Part shown: piece by piece, positions 14,045 through 24,325 of the stretch
Layout: every line of letters starts with the position of its first letter
Numbering within the stretch: the stretch's first letter is position 1
Source of the DNA: Selaginella moellendorffii
Taxonomy: Eukaryota > Plantae > Lycopodiophyta
Assembly (NCBI RefSeq): GCF_000143415.4
Contig: NW_003314381.1
Coordinates: 364,137-428,136, forward strand
Length of the DNA: 64,000 bases
Direction: 5' to 3'
Program-made: the position numbers and the translations under genes
Notes under the pieces: generated by a model
What the model was told of the DNA's origin: nothing
What the model saw: only the letters and a program-made list of their open reading frames with translations
The model's database searches: none

Positions 14045-15627
14045 CTATGAGACGAACCATCGTTGCAAATAGGCCATGGGTGTTGCGAGAGATGGAGCGT
14101 ATTGGTGGATAAGTGGGTTCACCCTTCTGCCAATAGCCGACCAAGAGCTTCGGTGATATGGTGCCGTGCTTGGAAGCGCGTACATCATTTTAAGAAGCTG
14201 CGATAAGAAATTCGAGAGCTCAGGAATTGCTAGCGAGAAAACACGAAATCTACAAAAGAGAAACTTACCCTCCAGTGAACGAATGCTTGGATGATGTTTC
14301 GCTGCGGCCTGCATCATCGAAACGAGGATTTAGAGAGAATAGAGAAAAAAGAAACTTACGTTAGTAGCAGGATGATTAGCAAGAAACCAAGTCCGATCTC
14401 AGCGTTGGCACTGAGACTCTTCAAAAGGTTTGAGTTGGAAGCCACCCAGTTTGATGGCTTGTCGAGATACTTTCTGGAGAATGAAAGAAAAAATTGTAAA
14501 GACCACCTCTAGGAAGATCAAAGTGACAAGACCTGTAAAGTCGAGTGTTGCTGAAATTCCGTCTTAGATGGTACACTACTTGCTCCAGAGAGCGTATAGC
14601 CAAAGGAATCACAGCAACTGCGCAGACATTTCGTCCACTGAGCCTTCAGAAAGAACAAAAGGAACAAAGAGAGTACCTTTGAGAGGAATAGATGCCGAGA
14701 CAAAAAAGAACGCGTACAAAAGATAGAGGAAGTCGTTTCCAGTAGTCTCAAAGATTGATCGGAGCCAATTTTGCAAGCCTTGGAGATTCCAAGCCGCCGG
14801 AGCCTGAAAAATAAGATCAGGAAAACAGGACGATCGAAAAACAATCACTCTACCCCGTGCTGGTTCGCAATACAATACAAGTTAGTTGCTGCCGAGCCAA
14901 GTAGAGTTAACCTGTAAGCCTTCTCCGCTAGTGCATAAGGAAGGAAAGGAAACATAGCCAAAACAGCCATCACTGTGACCTGCCAAAGAATCAAACGAGA
15001 AATGTTAGCGCAGGAGGATCACTTTTTCAGGATAAAACAAGTAGAACGAAAAGATGAACAACTTTGACATACCCAAGCATTGGCAAGGAACTGTATCGTT
15101 GGAGGATCCATTCTGAAAGAGCTCCTGGAAGCAGTAGACGCTGGTGGAGACTGCTGGCGAGTGGTCTCCGGTGGAGGCGTTGTGCTGCTGCGATCAGCTG
15201 CAAAGAGAATTCTCAATTGCTTCTAACGGAGATGGAAAGAAGAAGAAAAAAAGTACCTCCAGTCGCAGATCGTCTTTGCACTCTTGGCTCCGAGTTGGAA
15301 GACGATCTCGGGGAAGAAATCGCTGAAAGAGGATCCACAACAAGGTCCGGATCCTGGAAAAACATCACAAAACATCTCTCATCCATCAATCTCATGCTTT
15401 ACGGAGATAGATTTGCAGCACGAAAGAAAAAAAACTATTTTTTGAGTTCTAGATAAACTTACAACGTATCTCTGGTAGAACTTGAGCTTGAAATGCCGCA
15501 AAACCTCTGGCCTTGCGGCCAAATGCGAGGGCACAAGCACATTGGACCAGTAATCCGCCCAGCGAGGATCGCCGTCGTAGTCATACGCCACGGCCGCCTC
15601 TTTCTTGTGCTGTTGATCCTCCGTCAT
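14045..15627 (-). CDS. TMEM33/Pom33 (UPF0121)-like membrane protein, multi-exon
   Basis: YDYDGDPRWADYWSNVLVPSHLAARPEVLRHFKLKFYQRYV|DPDLVVDPLS, hydrophobic exons, C-terminus LLKMMYALPSTAPYHRSSWSAIGRRVNPLIHQYAP. Confidence 0.8.
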
Positions 15628-15723
15628 CGCGCCTGGAAGCTGGAAGAGCCCTAACCCTAAGAAGTAGCACCTTGTCCAAAGAGGTATGGACACGTAGGAA
15701 ATAGTCTCTAATATCTATCAATA

Positions 15724-15804
15724 GTCAGGATGGCCGAGTTGGTCTAAGGCGCTAGTTTCAGGTACTAGTCCGCAAGGGCATGGGTTCGAATCCCATTCCT
15801 GACA
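15724..15804 (+). tRNA. tRNA-Leu(CAG)
   Basis: GTCAGGA/TCCTGAC acceptor stem, D-arm TGGCCGAGTTGGTCTAAGGC, anticodon arm CTAGT-TT-CAG-GT-ACTAG, long variable arm, GGTTCGAATCC, downstream T-run. Confidence 0.95.
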
Positions 15805-15930
15805 AACCTTTTGCTTTAGTCCACGTGTCTTGCGTCCGTTGGCTAGAGTTTTGCTTGTGTGATTAGGGTTAGGGCTTTTGCGGGGCAGCAATGAGTAGAA
15901 TGTAGCGATCTATCGGCAAGGGCAAGAGGA

Positions 15931-17475
15931 ATGTCGTGGATTTCGCGCTCCTTGACAGGGGTTCTCAAGGAAAAGGAGGACAAGGAAGAGAAGGATGAGG
16001 GTGGAGCAGAATTTTGGGACGATCCGGAGCTTTTTGAGCCGGGGCAGAGCGTGGGGGAGGATCTGGCTGAATTGCGGAAGTCTCTCACGCAATCGCTGTG
16101 GGGGGTAGCTTCTTTTCTTGCGCCGCCGCCAAAGTCACGCAGAGAAAATTCTCCCAAGGTAGAAGAGGAGACTTCTCGAGATGATTATCAGGCAAATCAA
16201 GGAGTGGAGAATGCCGGTGTTGGTATTGTTGAGAAAGAGAAGCTGAGTGGAATGCAAAGCGACTTTGCGGAACTCAAGGGAGGATTCGCGAAAGGTTTGT
16301 CGCGCTTGTCATCGGTGATCCGGGGGGATGAGTCCCGGAGCAGTGACAAGCCGGAGGGAGCTTCCCAGGATCATGGAATCGCGGGGCTGCTCAAGCCTTT
16401 GATTGACAACGTTCTCTCCAGCGACAAACCGGCCGGCCAGGTTACTCCTGTTGATGACGAAGAAGATACCAGTCGTGGTGGTGGCGTGGAGTCGTCTTCC
16501 AAGATGGGGATTTCGGCGGCGACTCTGGTGGATGGAGTGTCCAAGCTTGCGTCGAGCTTGTTCTTGTTTGATGACGAGCCAGACGACGCCATCGAGGTCC
16601 CGGGGCTCACTGACGAGGTTGTCGCGTTTGCGAGGAACGTCTCTTTACATCCCGAGACGTGGCTCGACTTTCCTCTTGCCTCGGACGATGATCTTCAAAA
16701 CGGTATGGGAAGTGTTTTGACATTGTTTACCTTGAGGATCGCTTAGCAGGAGAAAAAAATGTCTTTTTTCTTCCAGGATTTGAGATGAACAGCTTCCAAA
16801 AGGACCACGCTTATGCAGTGGAGCGTGCTGCGTTGAGGCTCGCCGCCTTGAAAGTCGAGATTTGTCCCCGGCATATGAACGAGGGACGTTTTTGGAAGAT
16901 CTATTTCGTCCTCGTCCATCCCCGGCTGAGCCAGGAGGATGCCGCGCTTTTGTCTACACCACAGGTAAGAGAAGTACTTCTACTTTCACTGTACGCTTGC
17001 TACTTTCCTTCCTTTCCTTCAGGTTCTCGAGGCCCGAAAGATTCTTTTGGAACAGCTTCGTCATGAAGAAGAAGTCCAGGCTACTACTGCTACTGCTATC
17101 AAAGCCGACGATTCCCTTGTCGTGGATAAGGACGCTATCCCAAGCACAGTGAAGCTCGCGGCGGCGAAATCCTCCGAGGAGAACGAGGCGGATGAATGGC
17201 TGGACGAGGAAGCTACAGGATCAAACGCAGGGAACACCAAAAAAGAGATCTCGGCGGCAGGGAACGACGAGGATGATGTTTCCTTCAGTGATCTAGAGGA
17301 TGATCACGACGATGGCAAGATCCAACGCGCCGCTAAAGCCCAAGGCTGGGTGGAGCTCGACACCAAAGCAAAATCCGAGGAAGAGATCGATGAGGAGTGC
17401 GCGAAGAAACACGAGAGGATGGGATCGAACGATTGGCTAACAGTGGACAAGGAGGATGCTGGAAACTCGGTGTAA
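15931..17475 (+). CDS. BSD-domain-containing protein, three exons
   Basis: LTDEVVAFARNVSLHPETWLDFP; BSD core HAYAVERAALRLAALKVEICPRHMNEGRFWKIYFVLVHPRL; acidic tail DDVSFSDLEDD...SNDWLTV. Confidence 0.88.
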
Positions 17476-17623
17476 ATAATCACACAAGTGGTAAATAAGC
17501 TGTGGTATATTTGTTGTGTTGTATATGTAAACAAAGGTAAAAGCCTTGCTTTAAATTTACAAAGAGGGTGAAAAGTATCATCTTGGGAAGAACGATAGAG
17601 ACGAGAAAAAAAATTGGACTCCA

Positions 17624-18271
17624 TCACAAGTTGGAGAAGTTAAAATCCGAGCTGAATCCTCCGCCAAGGCCATAGCCAGCCAAGGATGAGCCCTGGAGAA
17701 GCCTTGGCGAGAATGTGAAGGAGCCAGCGCGCTCGATCTTGCTGCTATCGTCGCCGCCGGCGATGAGAGCCGAGAAGGAGCTAGATTTGATCTCGGGCGA
17801 TTCCAATCCGCTGGCCCAGACGCTGTCGCGCGGCGTGAGATCCGCTAGCGGCGAGAACGTGAGCGGAGCGAAGGCGAATTTGGGCGAGGAGGAGCTGAGG
17901 AGCTGCTCGAATTTGGGGCTGAGGCTGGGAGTGTAGAAGGAGGGCTTGAATGGCGAGATTGGAGGAGGAGCTAAGCCATGGAGCCTCTTGGGCTGCTGCT
18001 CCTGCTGGTGATGCTGCTGGTTGTGAGCCATCGAGGAGGAATTGGGGCCTGTGAGTTCCTGGACCAAGCTCCGGAATCCCTCGGGCTCGATCTTGTACAC
18101 CGCCGGCGGTGGGCGCTGATTAGATCCAGCTCCAGCTCCAGTGCCCGCTGCCACCGCCGCTGCTGCTGACCCTCCTCGCCGGAGCTTGGCAATTCTCGTG
18201 GAGGATTTGCTGACCGAGAGCGGCCCTCTCCTGTGCGCGTGAGACTCTTCGATGAATGTGGCGGTCGCCAT
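17624..18271 (-). CDS. VQ-motif protein (intronless)
   Basis: PPAVYKIEPEGFRSLVQELTG (FxxxVQxLTG), multiple SP/TP sites. Confidence 0.9.
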   Translation of the reverse strand: MATATFIEESHAHRRGPLSVSKSSTRIAKLRRGGSAAAAVAAGTGAGAGSNQRPPPAVYKIEPEGFRSLVQELTGPNSSSMAHNQQHHQQEQQPKRLHGLAPPPISPFKPSFYTPSLSPKFEQLLSSSSPKFAFAPLTFSPLADLTPRDSVWASGLESPEIKSSSFSALIAGGDDSSKIERAGSFTFSPRLLQGSSLAGYGLGGGFSSDFNFSNL

Positions 18272-18960
18272 TGCGCGCACGATCAACTCGAATTTTTCTC
18301 TGTTCCCTTCAACCCTGTGAGAAGAATTCTAAGTTGAATTCCCCGCGAGGATCAAGGAAGGTGTTCTTCGCCTCTGTGGTGTGTGAAATTTGCGGTTGGG
18401 GCCTGTTCAACTGGGAGGACTATATAAACCCTAAAACTCTTACGCTCATCCACGCGGCGGCCATCGCGTGGCTCCAGCTGCCAGGCTGCGCCCCATCCCA
18501 GCCGTCCATCTGCTGACTCTCAGTCAAAGGCGGCCGTAAACGCGCACGTGACAGCCCGCCAATCTTCTCAAGATCGGTACTGCAGCTTCCGCGAAGCTTC
18601 GTTCTCGGCCGCGATCCGACGATCGCCAGAAGTTCCGTGTTTCAAGCTGGACACGTGTTACGCGGAGGACTTTTGATCGCCGTTTGACCAAAACACGTGG
18701 GTGACCGTAATCACAGCCGTCGGATGGACGCAAGGCATTTTCTAAAGAATATGCTGCTATGCCCTAAAACGCTCTTAGGTCTTGTCATTGTTTGATTTCC
18801 CCTTTATTTTTTGATTTTTTACTGTTGGTTGGCACTCGCCAACAGCCAAAAGGCGAAAGGTGTGTGCCATCTCCTATTCCCTGTGGTTGGGATTTAGGGT
18901 TCTTAGGGCCCGGCGAGTTAGATCTGGGATGCGCTAGGCGATTCCAGGAGCAGGCGAGCA

Positions 18961-20456
18961 ATGTCGGGGGCCGGCGCCGAGGTTCTGGACCGGGATTTGC
19001 TCTTCAAGAAGCTCAAGGCGCGGCCGGAGAACAAGGTAGGGAAGTGCCCAATGCCGGCGATTTGGAGCTGACAATGTGCGAGGCTTTGGTTCTCTTGTTT
19101 TGTAGCTGTGCTTTGACTGCAATGCCAAGAATCCGTCGTGGGCCTCCACAACGTATGGAATTTTCGTGTGCCTTGACTGCTCCTCGATGCACAGGAGCCT
19201 CGGTGTCCACATTAGCTTCGTGAGGTATGAAAGTTTCTTTGCTTGTTCTTCGCGGCTTAAAACAAAATCTCTGCTGGATCCAGGTCCACAATCCTAGACT
19301 CTTGGAGTCAAGAGCATTTAAAACTCATGGACTTTGGTGGCAATGCCCGAGCACAGACCTTCTTTAAGCAGCATGGGTGGACCGAGAGTGGTAAGAACGA
19401 GTCCAAGTATAAGTCTAGAGCGGCTGATCTCTACAGGCAGCTTCTTGCCAAAGAAGCCGCCGCTTGTAACGGACGTTCCTCGACAAACTCCAAGGTTCCG
19501 GACGAGAAAACTAGCGATGATTCTTTCTTCTTCGACAATTTTGCTCCTCCAGCAGTAACAGCAGCAGGAGCTCCAGCTCCAATTCCGGCTGCTGCTACCA
19601 CCACCACCACTGTTTCTTCAAGGAAGCCTGCGCAAGTTCTCGCAAAGAAAAACGGCGTGACCAAGTCCGGTGGCCTGGGAATCAAGAAGCTCACAGCCAA
19701 GGTACTGTTTGCCTTTTCTTTGTATGGTAGAACTTTTAACGAACTTCGTCAAAACGTCTTTGCAGACAAATGATAGTCTTTACGACCAGAAGCCAGAAGA
19801 GATTCCTCCTGTGGTGTCTCGAGCGCCCGCTCCTGTCCCTGCGCCCCAGCCTCGAATTGCGCGTTTTACTTGGAAAGACGAGGAGTCGTCGTCAAAGTCC
19901 ACAAATGGGCATATTTCGGCGCCATCGGCTAATGGAGACTTTTTCTCGCAGTTCTCTAATGGAAACCACAAGTCGTCTGCTAGCACTGCCCGCTCCAAAC
20001 ATGTAAGTCAAGAGCATTTATTTCTCGTCGTCTCGCTAACGATCCAGATTTTGTAAGGTCGAAGAAAGCAACGAGGCACAGAAGAAGTTCGCCAACGCCA
20101 AATCGATATCATCGTCCCAGTTTTTCAACGAAAACAAGGTCACCACCGTCGATGCTGACAGCCAAACGCGTCTCATGAAATTCTCGGTCAGTCATAGATG
20201 TCCTTTCTGGTTTTCCATTTGACGTCCGTGCCAACATTTGTGCAGAGCTCCTCGTCAATTTCCAGCGATGATTTCTTCGAGCGCCAGAAGCGGTACCACC
20301 AAGATGACGACTCCGATCCAACCGATCTCGATCTATCCGCCGCCGACGTTGTGGCGAAATTTTCCATGCAGGTAAACAACATCGTCATCTTCGTCTCTCC
20401 GTTCTTTATTTTACTCCTTTCTCGTGTAGGTCCTCTCAATCCTGGGAGCTAACTGA
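18961..20456 (+). CDS. ARF-GAP of the AGD8/9/10 (Glo3/ArfGAP2/3) type, multi-exon
   Basis: [12 protein letters not shown]|[40 protein letters not shown]|ST; [15 protein letters not shown]; Glo3 motif [18 protein letters not shown]...[10 protein letters not shown]. Confidence 0.92.
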
Positions 20457-22985
20457 CGGTGGAGCTCGATGGAGACAGTCATTATTTTATTCTTTCCCGA
20501 TTCGTTGTAAAAAAAATGGATTGATTCTCAATAATTCTGTTCGAAAAGATTATTTTGTGCAGCTGCAAAGAACAGTCTTTAGATAAACAGGTGTTAGACT
20601 ATTGTGCACACAGAAATATATTGGGATGAGGCATGGGATGAAGAACGAGCTGCTGGAAGTGGTGAAAGTAAACAAGATGACACAAGATTGGAGAGTATGA
20701 AAGCAACTCTGAAACCATTAAGGACAATGTGAAGGACCTAAAGGAAGCAATCAAGAGGATCTAGAATGTAGAAGTGTTAATCATGATCCAATTCAACTAG
20801 AGGTACAAATAGAAATGAACCAAAGGAGAAAAAGAAGTTAAGGTGCGATTATAAGGAGAAAATTCTATATTCAAATAAGCATAAAACTCAGTTGCATATC
20901 TAAATTTAAAGGTTTGTTAGAATACAAAGTTCATAATAACATAAATATAAGAATGTTCAAACATTTTCTTTAAAAAACTAGAATTTTAACAAAATTAAAA
21001 TTAAAACATTTACATAATTTCGGAACAAAACCATGTTAATCATGGATGTGTATGAATATTTCTAATAGTCAAATTTAGTTAATTTCAAAACAGGATTCAA
21101 ATTTAAACATTTAAAGGAATAATAAGTAAACATATAAATTTAGAGAAACAGCAAGTAGTAAAAAATTTAACTTAAACCATTATTTTATTTTAAAAAAAAC
21201 CAAAAATACATTAATAAATTTATTTAATATTAAAATATTAAATATTTTAGAAATAGTCATAACATTGTTTAATATATAATATTTTATTATGTACATAGAC
21301 AAACTAGCATAAACCTTAAGAAAATATTTATTTATTGATTTCAAAATAGCTGAAATAAAGTTTTAGAATTCTTGCATTTTTTAATAGATATTAGCTCTAA
21401 AATAGCATTGAGATTTTGTAAGTTTAAAATTTTAATTTTTTTTAAAGTTGGATCTTAGCATTAATTAATAATTTATTAGAAAACTTTATAGATATAAACT
21501 TATACAATAAAAGCTTATTATGAAAGTAAAATCTCGATTTTAAAATTCTTATTTATTTATTAGTTAAAATAAAAATTTAAATTATTTTACAAATGATATA
21601 AAATGTGGTTTACATCAAAATATAACTATAAAAAGATAACAAAGTGTTAGAGCATACAATAAATATAATCCAAATTGTTGTAATTAAAAGTCTCATGGTT
21701 ATCCCTCTAACTTATAAAATAAATCATGTTACGAATAAAAACTCTCAAACTCCTTGCCTGTAGGCAAATAATTATGGTATAAGACTTTTAAATTTATTAG
21801 ATATGGTTGATGATATTTAAAATCTAAATATTAATTATGTTTCTTGTATGAATGCATAATAACAAATAAATAAATTTATAATTAACATTAAAAATATTAC
21901 CAATTGAAATATCATTTAAATTTTAAAAAATAAATATTTTTTCAATTTTTGTAAATTAAATAAATTATAAATTTTAATGTATGGAATGGAAAATATTTAT
22001 ATGCCTAAGCTTTTTCAATATTTAACAAATGAGTTACATATACATTATTATGAAGTTGAATATACCCTTACTTGTTCATGAGTGTTAATATTTTTTTATT
22101 AATTTATTTTTTAGAATTTTATATGATAATGGTGTTAATGTACAAACCAACTTTTTTATATGATTAATGTATCATTTTGTTAAAAGTTAATATGTATAAC
22201 AAAATAATACAAATAAATTAAATATTTTATTTAAATAAATCTTTTAATTACCATGGCTACTGAAACCATAAAATATAGATGCAAATTTTAATTCCACTAA
22301 TGATTAATAATATAGCCAACAATATTTTTATATTTATATATATAACGTAAAACTAATATAAAAAATATTTATATATTAATAAAATTTATAATTTATAACA
22401 ACATGAAATGTGGTTAACATCTAATTACAATAATAAAAAATTATAAATTGATTATGATGTATTCTTTAAATTGTTTTAGATATATTTTACTATGCATTTT
22501 ATGAGAATATTGATGGTAATACTAAAGATTTCTTTGATCATGTAACATTTGTTTTTCATGCATATTTTCACCCTTGTCATTTTTAACCAAACAAAAGTTT
22601 GAAAAACTAAATAAATTTTAATTGATTTATTGCTTAATATAAACATATGAACCCTTCTCCTTTTAATAAATATGAAACAAAAAAAATGATATGGAAAACT
22701 TACTTTGCTTATTTAGTATCACCGATTAAAATTGTTACAAAAAAATAAAATCTGTAATATACAAAATATATTGTTAAATCTTAGAAGTTCAAAATCATAA
22801 ACACCAAAAACTTTTACTTTTATATCAAGTAAGGTTTTGTAATATCACTCAAAATAAAGTTTCTTTAATTTGTAATTTTAAAAATAAATTAAAACCTTAT
22901 TAATAAAAGTCCATGTCCCAAGTAAAATAAATAATAATTTTTTAATTTAAATTTAATATATTTTTATGATTTTGTAAAATCATAT

Positions 22986-23159
22986 TGTGAGGGCCAAGTG
23001 TACGGCTACAATGCCGTATACTAATATTAGCGTAGTGGATTTTGGTAGCCGTCGGATTGGTTTCAATCCGGACCACTCGCTCCTGTATATAAGCTAGGGT
23101 TTTTGGGTTAATTGATATGCACATTTTTGTATTCCCTTTCCATATTCCATGCACTCACA
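22986..23159 (+). repeat. 5' LTR of the Gypsy element
   Basis: TG...CA termini, internal TATATAAG followed by TAGGGTTT. Confidence 0.95.
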
Positions 23160-23392
23160 TTGGTGGAGATGAAGGGCACCTTTGATTGTCCCTGGGGAGT
23201 GCTTGGATTTGGGATTTCGGTTTATATCTAGCTTTTGCATTGTCTAGATCTAGCTTTTTCCATTTCCTTTCTTTTGTTCTTTCCTTTCAGGATTTTGGTT
23301 TAGATCTAGCTTTTTGCATTGTCTAGATCTACCATTTCTTTCTAGCTTTTTGTCATTTCTCTTCTTTTGCTCTTTCTTTCTCATTCATTTTC

Positions 23393-24325
23393 ATGGCCGA
23401 TCCGCAATCTCCTCCTTTGACTCTAGAGCAGCAGTTGGTTCAATTGCTTGATGCTATGCGCCTGCAATTGAACAACAAAACTCAGTTGATGGCGGCGTTC
23501 ACGGCACATGGTACAACTCCTCCTGCTTTTGGTGCCAATCCTCGCGTTCGGCCGGAGTTCTTTCGTGGGAATCCTGGGGATGATGTGTACCATTGGTTCG
23601 ATCACTTCACGGTGATTGCCACATATCATTCTTGGGATGATGCTCGGCGTTTGCGTGAGTTCCCCACATGTCTTCAAGGGACGGCATTGCAGTGGTACAA
23701 TGGATTGAGCGCAGCTACTCGTGGCGATTGGAGTGTTCTTCCGGACGTCTTCAAACGCGCCTTCGGACACGCCGACGATTGTGATGATGCCTTCCAACAA
23801 TTGCATCGTCTTCGCCAAGGGCCATCTGAGTCGGTGATGCAATTTGGCGTTCGTTTCCGAAGTCTTTTGCTTCGTGCGGAGCCAAATATGTCGGAGCGGA
23901 TCAAGCTAGGAATGCTGTGGCCAGCACTTCGTCAAGATCTTGTCGGACTTGTGCATGCACTTGCTCCTGCCACTCTTGACGATGCTCTTCGCTTGGCACA
24001 ACGTTATGAGACGTCGCCTCTTCCACTTCTTGCTACACGTCCTTCAGCTCCACTTCCTATGAGTGATGGTCCTGTTCCCATGGAGGTTGATGCTGCTGCT
24101 ACTCAAGTCCAAGGACAAGGGCGAGGACGTGGTCGTGGCCGTGACATTCGTTGCTGGGCGTGTGATGAAGTTGTTCATACTTATCGGCGTTGTCGGCGCT
24201 TTCCGGATTGGCGACCTCCATTTCCTGGGTGGAGACCTTGGCGTCAGCAACGTCCCGTTGGTGCTGCTGCGGTGGAAGGTTTGGATACCGAGGTGCATTC
24301 GGGAAATGAGGAGTCGCGCGAGTAA
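23393..24325 (+). CDS. gag: Gag (capsid plus CCHC zinc knuckle)
   Basis: PEFFRGNPGDDVYHWFDHF, LQGTALQWY, LRQGPSESVMQF, PVPMEVD, knuckle CWACDEVVHTYRRC. Confidence 0.93.
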   Translation: MADPQSPPLTLEQQLVQLLDAMRLQLNNKTQLMAAFTAHGTTPPAFGANPRVRPEFFRGNPGDDVYHWFDHFTVIATYHSWDDARRLREFPTCLQGTALQWYNGLSAATRGDWSVLPDVFKRAFGHADDCDDAFQQLHRLRQGPSESVMQFGVRFRSLLLRAEPNMSERIKLGMLWPALRQDLVGLVHALAPATLDDALRLAQRYETSPLPLLATRPSAPLPMSDGPVPMEVDAAATQVQGQGRGRGRGRDIRCWACDEVVHTYRRCRRFPDWRPPFPGWRPWRQQRPVGAAAVEGLDTEVHSGNEESRE

